Below, one piece after another: positions 25,450-37,188 of a DNA stretch of 64,000 nucleotides. Source of the stretch: Scyliorhinus canicula (Eukaryota). A model generated the notes under the pieces. That model did no database searches and was not told the origin of the DNA. It was given only the letters and a program-made list of their open reading frames with translations. Position 1 is the stretch's first letter; every line of letters starts with the position of its first letter. Where the stretch lies: assembly GCF_902713615.1 (NCBI RefSeq), contig NC_052163.1, forward strand, positions 14,952,248-15,016,247, written 5' to 3'. A program made the position numbers and the translations under genes.

Positions 25450-25673
25450 GGGCAGCACGGTGGCCTAGTGGTTAGCACTGCTGCCTCATGGCGCTGAGGT
25501 CCCAGGTTCGATCCCGGCTCTGGGTCACTGTCCGTGTGGAGTTTGCACATTCTCCCCGTGTCTGCGTGGGTTTCGCCCCCACAACCCAAAGATGTGCAGA
25601 GTAGGTGGATTGGCCATGCTAAATTGCCCCTTAATTGGAAAAAATAATTGGGTAATCTAAATGTATTAAAAAA
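25450..25673 (+). mobile_element. tRNA-derived V-SINE (HE1-related), short poly(A)-tailed subfamily A; representative of about 30 copies
   Basis: tRNA-like head with A box (TGGCCTAGTGG) and B box (GGTTCGATCCC), V-domain core and AATTGGG..CTAAAT-(A)n tail. TSD AAGATAACCTATAGGA. Other copies include 2245-2476(-), 7276-7501(+), 10146-10360(+), 12010-12243(-), 12370-12590(-), 12853-13075(+), 15920-16146(-), 24400-24637(-), 31292-31522(+), 41635-41860(+), 49625-49856(-), 52542-52768(+), 53824-54052(+), 61231-61457(+). Confidence 0.9.
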
Positions 25674-25883
25674 AAGATAACCTATAGGATTTAGGGGTGC
25701 CTTTGGCATCGAACCATCATGGAGCCCCAATTACAAATTGAATCCGAACAAGAAGTTCCTTTATGTACTCATTGGCAAAACTTCTTTGTTTCCATCCTGA
25801 CATTTCAGTTTCCGATCTCGAATATCAATGCATTATTATCGGAAATGCAATGAGCAATAAACCATCTTCATTTTAATTTTCAG

Positions 25884-26336
25884 GGAGCTCCAGAACTACT
25901 TTCAGGATTCTCTTCCAATGGATTTAAGTGGACAACAAGAATACCTCTTTCATCGCATTTGCCTCAACTCTTTAGAGCTTTGCAGATAATATACTGTAAC
26001 CAGACTACCAAGATGTGCAAAAGGTATTTTACTCCCTCCAGGAACCTGAACTGCAAGGAAAATAAAGAAAAGAACCAGACTCATCTTCAACATAAAGAAC
26101 AAAGTAATAAAGATGATGCTTGCTTTCGGGTAAATCGTGACCACCCTCCAATACCTCCTACCTGGTGCTGTATGAAAGGGTGCCACAACTGTGTATGGAT
26201 TTCATATGCAGAGGAGATGTCGGACTACTATCAGAATGGAGGACAAAAAGCCCTTGAGGATATTGATAAACATGTTGACGACGAGAATATTAAAGCATTT
26301 ATTAAAATGGAAATAAAATTACGACACAAGAAATGA
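25884..26336 (+). CDS. OXLD1: OXLD1 coding exon 2 (oxidoreductase-like domain)
   Basis: Acceptor ttttaattttcAG; open frame to TGA at 26336. Contains [21 protein letters not shown]...[28 protein letters not shown] (recalled human [20 protein letters not shown]...[28 protein letters not shown]). Confidence 0.95.
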   Translation, partial: GAPELLSGFSSNGFKWTTRIPLSSHLPQLFRALQIIYCNQTTKMCKRYFTPSRNLNCKENKEKNQTHLQHKEQSNKDDACFRVNRDHPPIPPTWCCMKGCHNCVWISYAEEMSDYYQNGGQKALEDIDKHVDDENIKAFIKMEIKLRHKK

Positions 26337-27759
26337 TATTTAAGAGCAGATCTGGGCCATTTTGTAAGACGTGTCATGAACCAGGTTGATGGTATCTGCG
26401 AGGGTATCACAACTTGATATATCAGGTGGTGGGGGTGTATCGGTTTGTTTTTGGAATGGTGTGAGGAGTCACGTGAAACCCCAGCAAGAATTTAAAAAGA
26501 AATATAAATGTAGAGTACCCAATTCATTTTTTCCAATTAAGGGGGCAATTAAGCGTGTTCAATCCACCTACCTTGCACATCTTTGGGTTGTGGGGGCGAA
26601 ACCTATGCAAACACGGGAAGAATGTGCAAACTCCACATGGACAATGACCCAGAGCCAGGATCGAACCTGGGACCTCGGCGCTGTGGGACTGCAGTGCTAC
26701 CACTGCACCACCGTGCTGCCCAGAAGCCCCAGTAAGAATAACCAGCCCAGTTGTGTAACAATTATTAAAGACGATTAAATTAAAGAAAATACAATTACAC
26801 ATGGTTAGGACTGCAATACTCTAGGACAATTAAGTATATGAATTACCAAACACACAACAGTGTATGTAGAATTTACTCCTTGTTCCAAAATATATCTAAG
26901 ATCCCTGAACCTCTTAAGACTTCCCCTTTTCCCAAACAACATCTAAATTAAAAACATGCATAAGTCAAATCCAACTTATAGTTACCACACAATACAAGGC
27001 TGATAATCAAGTCTGGGAAATGTCCTTTCCTGGTCCAGCAAAGATATTTAAAACTGCCTTTATGAAAGTTTCTACGCAGCCTTGGCTCTCAGACTTAGAT
27101 ATATTATCTAGCCTCTCAGGCTGTTAGATGTAAACTGGCCTGTCTGCTTCTGAGGGTGTTGGCAATTATACCATGTTTCCCCATTGATTCTTCATTCTGC
27201 ATATTTAGCTGTCTGCGTCTCAAATTCTTTGACCACAGAAATTAGTATGTATACATCCCCTGATCCCTCAGTCATCTAGATAAACTTTCTATTAATATGG
27301 TGATTTACACCTAATTCTGTCTAGATGCCTCATAATCTCATTACTGGGAAAATCGAACGTCATCATGCTTTTGGCCACTGCTGTCGCTAAGCAGATTTCT
27401 TTCTTTTTAAAAAATAAATTTAGAGGAACCAATTATTTTTCTTTTCCAATTAAGGGGCAATTTAGCGTGGCCAATCCACCTAACCAGCACATTTTCGAGT
27501 TGTGGGGGTGAAACCCACGCAGGCTTGGCGACAATGTGCAAACTCCACATGGACAGTGACCCAGGGCTGGGATTCAAACCTGGGTCCTCAGCGCCACAGT
27601 CTCAGTGCTAACCACTACGCCACATGCCGCCCTTCTAGGCAAATTGCTACCGGTTGCTGGACAGATTGCATCCTATCATGCATTGTTAAATTTGTTTTAC
27701 TGCTGTTACTTTGCTGATCCATCACAAGTTGCGTTTTTGTGTTGTTGATGTGAATCCCG

Positions 27760-27956
27760 ATGATATGGAGATGCCGCCGTTGGATTGGGCTGACCACAGT
27801 ACGAAGTCTTACAACACCAGGTTAAAATCCAACAGGTTTGTTTCGAATCACTAGCTTTCGGAGCACTGCACCGGAGGAAGGAGCAGTGCTCCGAAAGCTA
27901 GTGATTCGAAACAAACCTGTTGGACTATAATCTGGTGTTGTAAGACTTCTTACTGG
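27760..27956 (-). mobile_element. Penelope-like inverted pLTR pair (same family as 6161-6526)
   Basis: Same tgatatggagatgcc terminus, inverted arms of about 75 bp, TSD ATCCCGA. Hammerhead-like motif on + at about 27869-27905 with a CUGA to CGGA change. Confidence 0.8.
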
Positions 27957-29130
27957 ATCCCGATAATGATACTAAGTAGAAAGTGTTCATAAACAGATAC
28001 TGGAAGTGTCGATTCCACAGGACTGAATTTTGTTTTCCTTATGTAAGAGCTGAGTTCAGTATGATGACTGCCAGGTATCCAACGATTAAACTGAAAGCCT
28101 GTAAAGATTGACGGGTTCACCTATTTGCTGAGAGCCACTTAACGTATCAAAATTACCAGGTTTTGTGGTCCTGTTTTCTTCCCATCATTCACCCCCACCT
28201 CCCCATTAGTCCCAAGTGAATGATTTAAAAAAAAATGAATTTAGAGTACCCAATTATTTTTTTCCAATTAAGGGGCAGTTTAGCGTGGCCAATCCACCTA
28301 ACCTGCACATCTTTGGGTTGTGGGGGTGAGACCTGCGCAGACACGGGGAGAATGTGCAAACTCCACATGGGCAGTGACCCGGAGCCAGGATCAAACCCGG
28401 GCCTCAGTGCCGCGAGGCAGCAGTGCTAACCACTGTGCCGCCCACCGAGTGAATGATTTTAAAAGCTAGGGAGAAACTGACTGTGAAACTTTTAATTGTT
28501 CCGCCTACCTGCACATCTTTGGGTTGTGGGGGCGAAACCCACGCAAACACGGGGGTGTGAAAAATGTGCAAACTCCACACGGACAGTGACCCAGAGCCGG
28601 GATCGAACCTGGGACCTCGATGCCGTGAGACTGCAGGGCTAACCCACTGCACCACCGTGCTGCCCTATTAAATACAACTTAATGTAAATCAAATGTTTGC
28701 TTTTATAAAGCTGAAATTACAGCTAAGCCGAACGTAACCACAAGCAACCTGAAGAATTTAAGTGTGTGAGTATTTCCTGCTCTCTTAAGATTCCTCAGTG
28801 AGGTAATAAGGCGAGTCCGTGCAGCAGGTTTTGTTACTCAGCTTCCAGTTAGCAATGCCACATATTGTCACGTTTACACTTGAAAGGAAATTGCGATAGT
28901 ACTTGATTTAATGTATTCATTGCCCAGGGAAATACAAAAGACTTTAATCTTCATTTTACGAGTGCAACACACTAGTAAACACCATAATGGAAACACAAAG
29001 GTATCTTGAATAAAGTATTTTGCGTCAGCATAACATTAAGAAGAAAATTTACAATAAATTCATTTTGAAGGGATTTAAAGCTCACAATCACAAACGATCT
29101 GTCTCAATTCGCTAGTAGAGCTATTAAAAA

Positions 29131-30955
29131 TGGGACTTTGGGTGGCAGCGTGTAGGGAGAGGCCACATACGAGGTAACTCCCAAAAGGGTTCTTGATATT
29201 CGGCCTTTTTTGCCCTGTTTCTGGTGTTTTTTTTTCAAACAATCCCATCTATGAGATAATTTAAGGTGCCCATATTAAAGAGATGCCAGGAAAGGCCAGG
29301 GAAAGAAACCTACGGATAGAACTTTGTCAACGTATTCGGCAACTTTACAAGGCACCTCATTGGAGAAAATGGCAGAAGCTGCTTCAGTGACTCCGGCCAC
29401 TCCAATATCGGCCGATATGCTTGCTGGGGTACTGGCAACGGAGTTCGGGAAACAGTTCAAGAAGCAATGGAAAGTCAAGTCTGGGGACCGTTGAAAGTTG
29501 ATAGAGGAGGCCCAGGGTCCCATACGGTCGAAGCTGGAGAAAATCTCAGAAGGTAAAGGAGCATGCTGCGGTGATTAAGGGCATGGAAACGGCTTTGTCG
29601 AAGCACGCTGAGCAAATTGCCTCGCTGGAGGCTAAGATCTCTCTGGTGGCCGGTGAGAATAAGATACTGAAGACTAAGGTTGACGATCTCGAAAACCGCT
29701 TGAGGCAGAACCTCAGAATCGTAGAGTTGCTGGAGGACGTGGACATAACTCTCCGTTGCTTCTTGAACTGTTTCCCATCTCCCACTGTATACTTCTCGCA
29801 GATGTTTCGGATGATAATGGGGGAGGGTGTATTCACGTCTCCTCTGGAGCTGGACTGGGCCCATCAGACAGTCCGTCAGAAGCCCAGGCCGAGCGAACCA
29901 CCAGGGGCAGTCACTGTCCGGTTCCACAGCTTCCGAGAGAAGGAACCAGGCACTGAAATGGGCCAAGGAGCATCGGGATTGTAAATGGGAAGGTCACATC
30001 ATCAGGATCTACCAGGATGTTGGAGCGAAACTGGCAAGGAAGCGGGCAGCTTTCAACAAGGCCAAAGCCTCCCTGTATAAGAGTGGAGTTTGGCTTCGGG
30101 TAGTGAACTGGCAAGAGTTTGAATAACTTATGAGTCGAAGGACTATTATTTAGATGCACCGGAGAAGGCGGACGCCTTTGTTCAAAAACATGGGCTTGGT
30201 TTGAGTTAATTGTGTGTTCTCCTGAGGTTTGCTGATGGTGATTACACATTTTATTTTGCTGTGCCTTGCTGGTGGGTTTGGCGGCTATCTTGGGTGGGCT
30301 TTGTGCCTGTACTCTCTACGTGGCTGCTTGACGATTTTAGTGGGAATGATTCCGGAAAAAGAGGGGGGGGGGGGATCTCCAATTCGGTTGGTAACCTGGA
30401 ATGTAAGGGGGTTGGGCGGCCTAGTGAAAAGGTTGCGGGTATTTGCTCACCTGAAAAATTTGAGTGCTGATGTGGTGTTTTTATAGGAGTCTCATTAACG
30501 GGTCAGGGACCAGAACAGATTGCAGACGCGGTGGGTGAACCAGGTATTTCATTCGGGCTTCGACGGTAGTGCCCAGAGAGGCGGTGATTTTGATCAAGAA
30601 ACAGGTTCTTTTTTCGGCTATCAAGACGGGCGGATCACAATGGCAGATATCTGATGGTCAGCGGGTTTTTGGCAGGCACATTAGTGGTTCTGGTCAATGT
30701 CTAAGCGCCAAATTGAGATGATACAGGATTTGTGAGGATGTTGCTGGCTTCCATTCCTGATTTGGACTCGCAGCAATTACTTTTTGGTGGGGATTTGTGT
30801 ACTGGATCCAAAGGTGAATTGATCTAGGCCAAAGTCAGGGGTAGCCAAGGCGTTGTTAGCTTTTATGGAGCGGATTTTTTGCACCTAGGAGATAAGGACT
30901 TTTCTTTTTTTTTCACATTCCATCAGGTTTACTCTTGAATTGACTTTTTTCTGAT
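29131..30955 (+). mobile_element. Old L1-clade LINE (L1a), 5' part: 5'UTR, ORF1 and start of the ORF2 endonuclease
   Basis: ORF1-like LENRLRQNLRIV...ELDWAH...IRIYQD; EN start IRLVTWNVRGL...FAHLKNLSADVVFL; FSFFSH..VYS.IDFF near 30900-30950. Continues at 32680-32744 (EYSAIVISD) and 37189-37350. Confidence 0.8.
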
Positions 30956-32671
30956 GGATTGGATTAGATTTGTTTATTGTAATGTGTACCGAGGTACAGT
31001 GAAAAGTACACTAATCATTAAGTACACACGAAAGGAAAGGAAAATACACAATAGGGTAACACAAGGTACACAATGTAACTACATAGACACCGGCACCGGG
31101 TGAAGCATACAGGGTGTAATGCTAATCAGGTCAGTCCATAAGAGGGTCGTTTAGGAGTCTGGTAACAACGGGGAAGAAGCTGTTTTTGAATTTGTTCGTG
31201 AGCGTTCTCAGACTTCTGTACCTCCTGCCCGATGGAAGAAGTTGGAAGAGTGAGTAAGCCGGGTGGGAGGTGGTCTTTGATTATGCTGTCCGGAGGGGCA
31301 GCATGCGGCGCAGTGGTTAGCACTGGGACTGCAGCATTGAGGGCCTCGGTTCGAATCACGGCCCTGGATCACTGCGCATGTGGAGTTTGCACATTCTCTC
31401 CGTGTCTGCGTGGGTTTCACCCCCACAACCCAAAGATGTGCAGGTTAGGTGGATTGGTAACGCTAAATTGCCCCTTAATTGGAAAAAAAAACAATTGGAC
31501 ACTAAATTTATATTAAAAAAAAGATTATGCTGTCCTCTTTCCCCAGGCAGCGGGAGGTGTAGATGTAGTCAATGGATGGGAGGCAGGTTCATGTGATGGA
31601 CTGGGCTGTGTTCACGACTCTCTGAAGTTTCTTGTGGTCTTGGGCCGAGCAGTTGCCATACCAGGCTGTGATGCAGCCAGAAAGGATGATTTCCATGGTA
31701 CATCTGTAAAAGTTGGTAAGAGTTAATGTGGACATGCCGAATTTCCTTCGTTTCCTGAGGAAGTATAGGCGCTGTTGTGCTTTCTTGGTGGTAGTGTCGA
31801 CGTGGGTGACCAGGACAGATTTTTGGAGATGTGCACCCCATGGAATTTGAAACTGCTAACCATCTCCACCTCGGCCCCGTTGATGCTGACAGCGGTGTGT
31901 ACAGTACTTTGCTTCCTGCAGTCAATGATCAGCTCTTTAATTTTGCTGGCATTGAGTGATAGATTGTTGTCTTTGCACCACTCCACTAGGATCTCTATCT
32001 CCCTCCTGTATTCTGAGTCATCATTATTCGAGATCCGGCCCATTATGGTCATATCATCAGCAAACGTGTAGATGGAGTTGGAAGCAAATTTTGCCACGTA
32101 GCCGTTTGTGTACTAGGAGTACAATAGGGGCTAAGTACGCAGTATTGTGGACTATTGTGGAGGAGGTGTTGTTGTTTATTCTTACTGATTGTGGTCTGTG
32201 GGTCAGAAAGTCAAGGATCCAGTTGCAGAGTGAGGAGCCAAGTCCTAGGCTTTGGAGCTTTGATATGGGTTTGGCTGGGATTATGGTGTTGAAGGTGGAG
32301 CTGTAGTCAATAAATTGGAGTCTGATGTATGAGTCCTTGTTGTCGAGATGCTCTAGGGATGAGTGTAGGGCCAGGGAGATGGCGTCTGCTGTGGACCAGT
32401 TGTGGCGGTATGCGAATTGCAGTGGATCAAGGTATTCTGGGAGTATGGAGTTGATGCGCTTCATGACCAACCTCTCGAAGCACTTCATTACAACTTATGT
32501 CAGGGCCACCGGACGGTAGACATTGATGCACGTTGCCTGGTTCTTCTTTGGTACTGGTATGATGGTGGTCTTCTTGTAGCAAGTGGGGACCTCGGAGCAG
32601 GGTAGGAACAGGTTAAAGATGTCCGTGAACACATCTGCCAGCAGACTGTGAGTGCACAACCAGGGATCCCG
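30956..32671 (-). mobile_element. Rex1/Babar-clade LINE, 5'-truncated
   Basis: RT fragments YRPVALT / MKCFERLV...LDPLQFAYR...[15 protein letters not shown]...[12 protein letters not shown] / FADD. The 3' end has a hairpin, AATAAA and short tandem repeats. A SINE interrupts it at 31292-31522. Confidence 0.85.
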
Positions 32672-32744
32672 TAGAGATCCGATGGGTAGGCCCCTTCTCA
32701 CCTGGGTGAGGATGGCGGAGTACTCGGCCATTGTAATTTCAGAC

Positions 32745-35700
32745 CGGACTTCCGGTTGCAGCTATGCCTGGCTAAGTCGCACGTTCGGCAGCCCCTGCCG
32801 AAAATTGACTTTTGGGCCCTTTTAAGGAGCCCCAGCGGCACTTGGTTGACGGTTCCTGGTGTGGGAAGACGGCAGTAAGATCCCCTCAGCACTGTATGGA
32901 GTGGACCAGGAGCGGTGCGGTCAAAAAAGGGGCATTAGAGAAGAGAGGAGAATGGGTGCGAAAAAGCAAGATGGCGGCGGGCGGAGACCAGGCAGCATGG
33001 GCTCGATGGTCGCGGGAGCAGCAAGAGCTTCTGCAAAGCTGCTTTGCGGAATTGAAGGCAGAGATGTTGGCCCCTATGAAGGCGTCGATAGAAAGGCTGG
33101 CAGAGACCCAGGGGATGCAGGGGACAGCGATTAAAGAGGTGCAGCAGAAGGCCTCTGATAACGAGGACGAGATCCTGGGCCTGGCAGTGAAGGTGGAGGC
33201 GCATGAGGCGCTGCATAAAAAGTGGCAGGAGAAATTTGAGGATAAAGGAGGCCGGTATGTGATGGTGAGTGGTAGGCTGCAGGGGGCCGGGTGGTGCTGG
33301 TGAATGTATATGCCCCAAATTGGGATGATGCAGGGTTCATGAAACGGATGCTAAATCGGATCCCGGATTTGGAGGTGGGGAACCTAATTATGGGGAGGGA
33401 TTTCAACACGGTACTGGACCCGGCAATGGATCGGTCTAGGCCTAGGTCGGGTAAGAGGCCGGCTGCGGCCAAGGTCCTGAGGGGGTTTATGGATCAGATG
33501 GGGGGAGTGGATCCGTGGAGGTTTGCTCGGCCAAGGGCGAGGGAGTTCTCCTTCTTTTCCCACGTGCACAAGGCCTATTCACGGATAGACTTTTTCATGG
33601 TGAGCAGGGCACTGATCCCGAGAGTAGAGGGGACGGAGTACTCGGCCATCGCGATTTCGGATCACGCCCCGCATTGGGTGGAGCTGGAGTTAGGGGAAGA
33701 GAGGGGCCAGCGCCCATTGTGGCACATGGACGTGGGATTGTTGGTGGATGAGGAGGTCGGTGGGCGGGTCCAGGGGTGTATACAGAGGTATATGGAGGCC
33801 AATGATAATGGGGAGGTCTCGGTGAGTGTGGTCTGGGAAGCGTTGAAGGCGGTGGTTGGAGGGGAGCTAATCTCCATCAGGGCTCAGAGAGAGAAGAGGG
33901 AGAGGAGGGAGAGGGATAGATTGGTAGGAGAGATACTTAGGGTGGATAGGAGATATGCGGAATCCCCTGAGGAGGGGCTGCTGAGGGAGCGCCGGAGCCT
34001 CCAAACGGAGTTTGACTTGTTGACGACGGGGAAAGCTGAGGCCCAGTGGAGGAAGGTACAAGGAGCAGCGTATGACTATGGGGAGAAGGCGAGTCGGATG
34101 CTGGCGCATCAGCTGCGGAAGAAGGAGGCGGCTAGGGAAATTGGGGGAATCAGGGACAAGGGAGGGAATACGGTGCGGAGTCCAGTCAGAATAAATGAGG
34201 TCTTTAGGGACTTTTATGAGAACTTGTACTAATCAGGGGATGCGGCGGTTCCTGTACAAATTGAGGTTTCCGAGGGTGGAGGAGGAGCAGGTAGAAGGTT
34301 TGGGGGCACCAATCGGGATGGAGGAGCTGGTTAAGGGGTTGGGGAGTAGGCAGGCGGGCAAGGCCCGGGACCGGATGGGTTCCCGATTGAATTCGATAGG
34401 AAGTTCTCAGAACTGTTGGCTCCGTTGCTGTTGAGAACTTTTAACAGGCGAGAGAAAAAGGACCTCTTCCCCCGACGATGTTGAGAGCTCTGATCTCACT
34501 TATCCTCAAGCGGGACAAAGACCCCGGGCAGTGTGGCTCGTATAGGCTGATTTCACTCCTCAATGTGGATGCCAAGTTGTTGGCGAAGGTCCTGGCCACT
34601 AAGATTGAGGATTATGTCCTGGGAGTGATACATGAGGATCAGATGGGATTTGTGAAGGGAAGGCAGCTGAATACAAATGTGTGGAGGCTCCTGAATGTGA
34701 TTATGATGCCCTCGGAGGGGGAGGGATGCAGAGGTGGCGGCGGCTATGGACGCGGAGAAGGCCTTTGACCGGGTGGAGTGGGAGTACCTGTGGGAGGTGC
34801 TGGGTAGGTTTGGGTTTGGGGAGGGGTTCAGAGGGTGGGTTAAATTGTTATACCAGGCCCCGGTGGCAAGTGTACCGATGAACCGGCTGAGGTCAGAGTA
34901 CTTTAGACTATATTGTGGAACGAGGCAGGGGTGCCCCCTGTCCCCCCTGCTGTTTGCTTTGGCAATTGAGCCATTGGCCATGGCGCTGAGGGAATCTAGA
35001 AGCTGGAGGGGTTTGGTCCGGGGGGGGGAGAGGAGCATCGCGCCTCACTATATGCAGATGATTTGCTTTTGTATATTACGGACCCGGTAGAGGGGATGGG
35101 GGAGGTTATGCAGACCCTCAGGGAGTTTGGAGACATCTCAGGGTATAAGCTTAATGGTGGGACGAGCGAGCTCTTTGTGGTGTGATGCACGATCAATTGC
35201 ACGAAAGACTCAGATTGGTACAACTGAGGCTTTATTACAGTCAGATGTGTGGCCTCCTACTGCAGCTGGCAGAATGGCTGTTCAGGAGGAGGTCATGCAT
35301 ATTTATACGGCTCCTTATGGGCAGGGGCTACCGGCGAACCTGTAGTGCAGGTCCTACCTTACATCCCCTAATACAGGTGCACACAGTGGTTCACCACATG
35401 GTGCATGCACGGGGCCAGGAAAAGAGGTTGGAGGAGCTGCCGCTCAAGAGGGTGGAGAGGAGTTTTCGGTATTTGGGTATTCAGGTGTCCAAGAGTTGGG
35501 AAGACTTGCATAGGCTCAATCTGGCGCGGTTGGTGGACCAGATGGAGGAGGACTTTAGGAGGTGGGACATGCTTCCGCTCAAGATGACGGTCAAGATGAC
35601 GGTCCTCCCGAGGTTTTTGTTCGTGTTTCAGTGCCTGCCCATACTCATCCCTAAGGCCTTTTTCAAGCGAGTGAGCAAGAGTATCATGGGATTTGGGTGG

Positions 35701-37188
35701 GCCAATAAGACCCCGAGGGTTAAAAGACTGTTCCTGGAGCGCAGTCGGGGGAGGGGGGGTGGGGTTGGCGCTGCCGAATCTGTGCAGCTACTACTGGGCA
35801 GCAAACGTGTCGATGATTCGGAAATGGATGATGGAGGGAGAGGGGGTGGCATGGAAGAAACTAGAGGCGGCGTCTTGTGTAGGTACTAGCCTGGGGGCAC
35901 TGGTGACGGCACCGTTGCCGCTTCCGCCGACGCGGTATACCACGGGCCCGGTGGTGACGGTGACGCTGAAGATTTAGGGGCAATGGAGGCGGCACAGGGG
36001 GGAGACGGGGGCCTCAGTTTGGTCCCCGATACGGAATAACCATAGGTTTGCTCCGGGCAGGATAGACGGTGGGTTCCGAAGCTGGCACTGGGCAGGAATT
36101 AGAAGGCTGAGGGATCTATTCATTGACGGGACTTTTGCCAGCTTAAAGGCACTGGAGGAGAAATTCGGGTTACCCCCGGGAAATGCCTTCAGGTACATGC
36201 AGGTTCGGGCGTTTGTTAGGAAGCAGGTGGGAGAATCCCTGTTGCTGCCTGCCTGAAGGATACAGGACAGGGTGATCTCGGGTGTATGGGTCGGAGAGGG
36301 TAAGATCTCGGAGATATACCAGGAGCTGGAGGAGGTGGAGGAAGCCTCGGTGGAGGAGCTGAAGGGCAAGTGGGAAGAGGAGCTGGGGGAGGAGCTGGAT
36401 GAGGGCCTGTGGGCTGACGCCCTGGGCTGGGTGATTCCTCCTCATCTTGCGCCAGGCTCAGCCTGATCCAGTTTAAAGTGTTACACAGGGCGCATTTGAC
36501 AGGGGCGAGGATGAGTAAGTTTTTTGGGGTGGAGGACAGATGTGTGAGGTATTTGGGGAGCCCAGCAAACCACGCACATATGTTCTGGGCGTCCCCAGCG
36601 CTTGCGGAGTTCTGGAAGGGCTTTGCAAAGGTCATGTCCAAGGTCTTGGACACTCGGGAAAAACCCAGTTGGGGGATAGCGTTATTTGGGGTATCGGAGG
36701 ATCCGGGAGTGCAGGAGTTGAAAGAGGCCGGAGAGCTGGCCTTTGCCTCCTTGGTGGCCCGGAGAATTGTTATTGTGGAGGGACGCGAAGCCCCCAAGTG
36801 TGGAGGCTTGGATCAATGACATGGCTGGGTTTCTCAGGTTGGAGAGGATAAAGTTTGCCTTGCGAGGGTCCTTGCAGGGGTTCTCCGGGCGGTGTCAACC
36901 GTTCCTTGACTTTCTCGCGGAACGTTAGGTGGCGGTCAGCAGCAGCAGCAATCCGGGGGGCTGGTGGGGGGAGGGGGGGGGGGCTGATTCCTTTCCTTTT
37001 TGAAAGGGGCGCTTTCCCTATTTTGTTTTGAGTTGGGTGTTAATTTGTTAAACTGTTTATCGTTTAGAGGGTTAAGTTGTTCTGTCTGGTTGGCATGTTG
37101 CCCTTTTCTCTTTGTATTATTTTCCTTTTTGGAGTGTTCTGTAAAACTTTTTTGAAAAACTTTGAATGAATACATTTAAAAAAAAAAG
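32745..37188 (+). mobile_element. Younger L1-clade LINE (L1b) with internal deletion, complete 5' and 3' ends
   Basis: Starts GGACTTCCGG. ORF1 start MAAGGDQAAW at 32971. ORF2 EN (VNVYAPN, DFN, SRIDFF, SDHAP) and RT (GTRQGCPLSPLLF, YADD near 35049). ORF2 ends at 36928, followed by a G/T-rich 3'UTR and poly(A). Flanked by an approximately 12-bp TSD gtaatttcagac / gtaattttggac. Confidence 0.9.
35183..35398 (-). mobile_element. Solo LTR inserted in L1b ORF2
   Basis: TG..CA termini and 5-bp TSD TGGTG. TATAAA and AATAAA on the - strand. Removing it restores the L1 frame SELFVVHARGQEKRL. Confidence 0.85.

Noticed and set aside
25450-25525. tRNA genes suggested by A/B boxes here and at dozens of similar sites
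   Set aside because: They are SINE heads that continue into the V core and tail, often with TSDs.
26372-27665. Possible solo LTR right after the OXLD1 stop (similar candidates at about 10680-11170 and 54510-55330)
   Set aside because: They have LTR-like composition, but I could not establish both termini or a TSD.
35182-35889. 235-aa ORF as a novel protein
   Set aside because: It is a chance read-through from a solo LTR into L1 ORF2.
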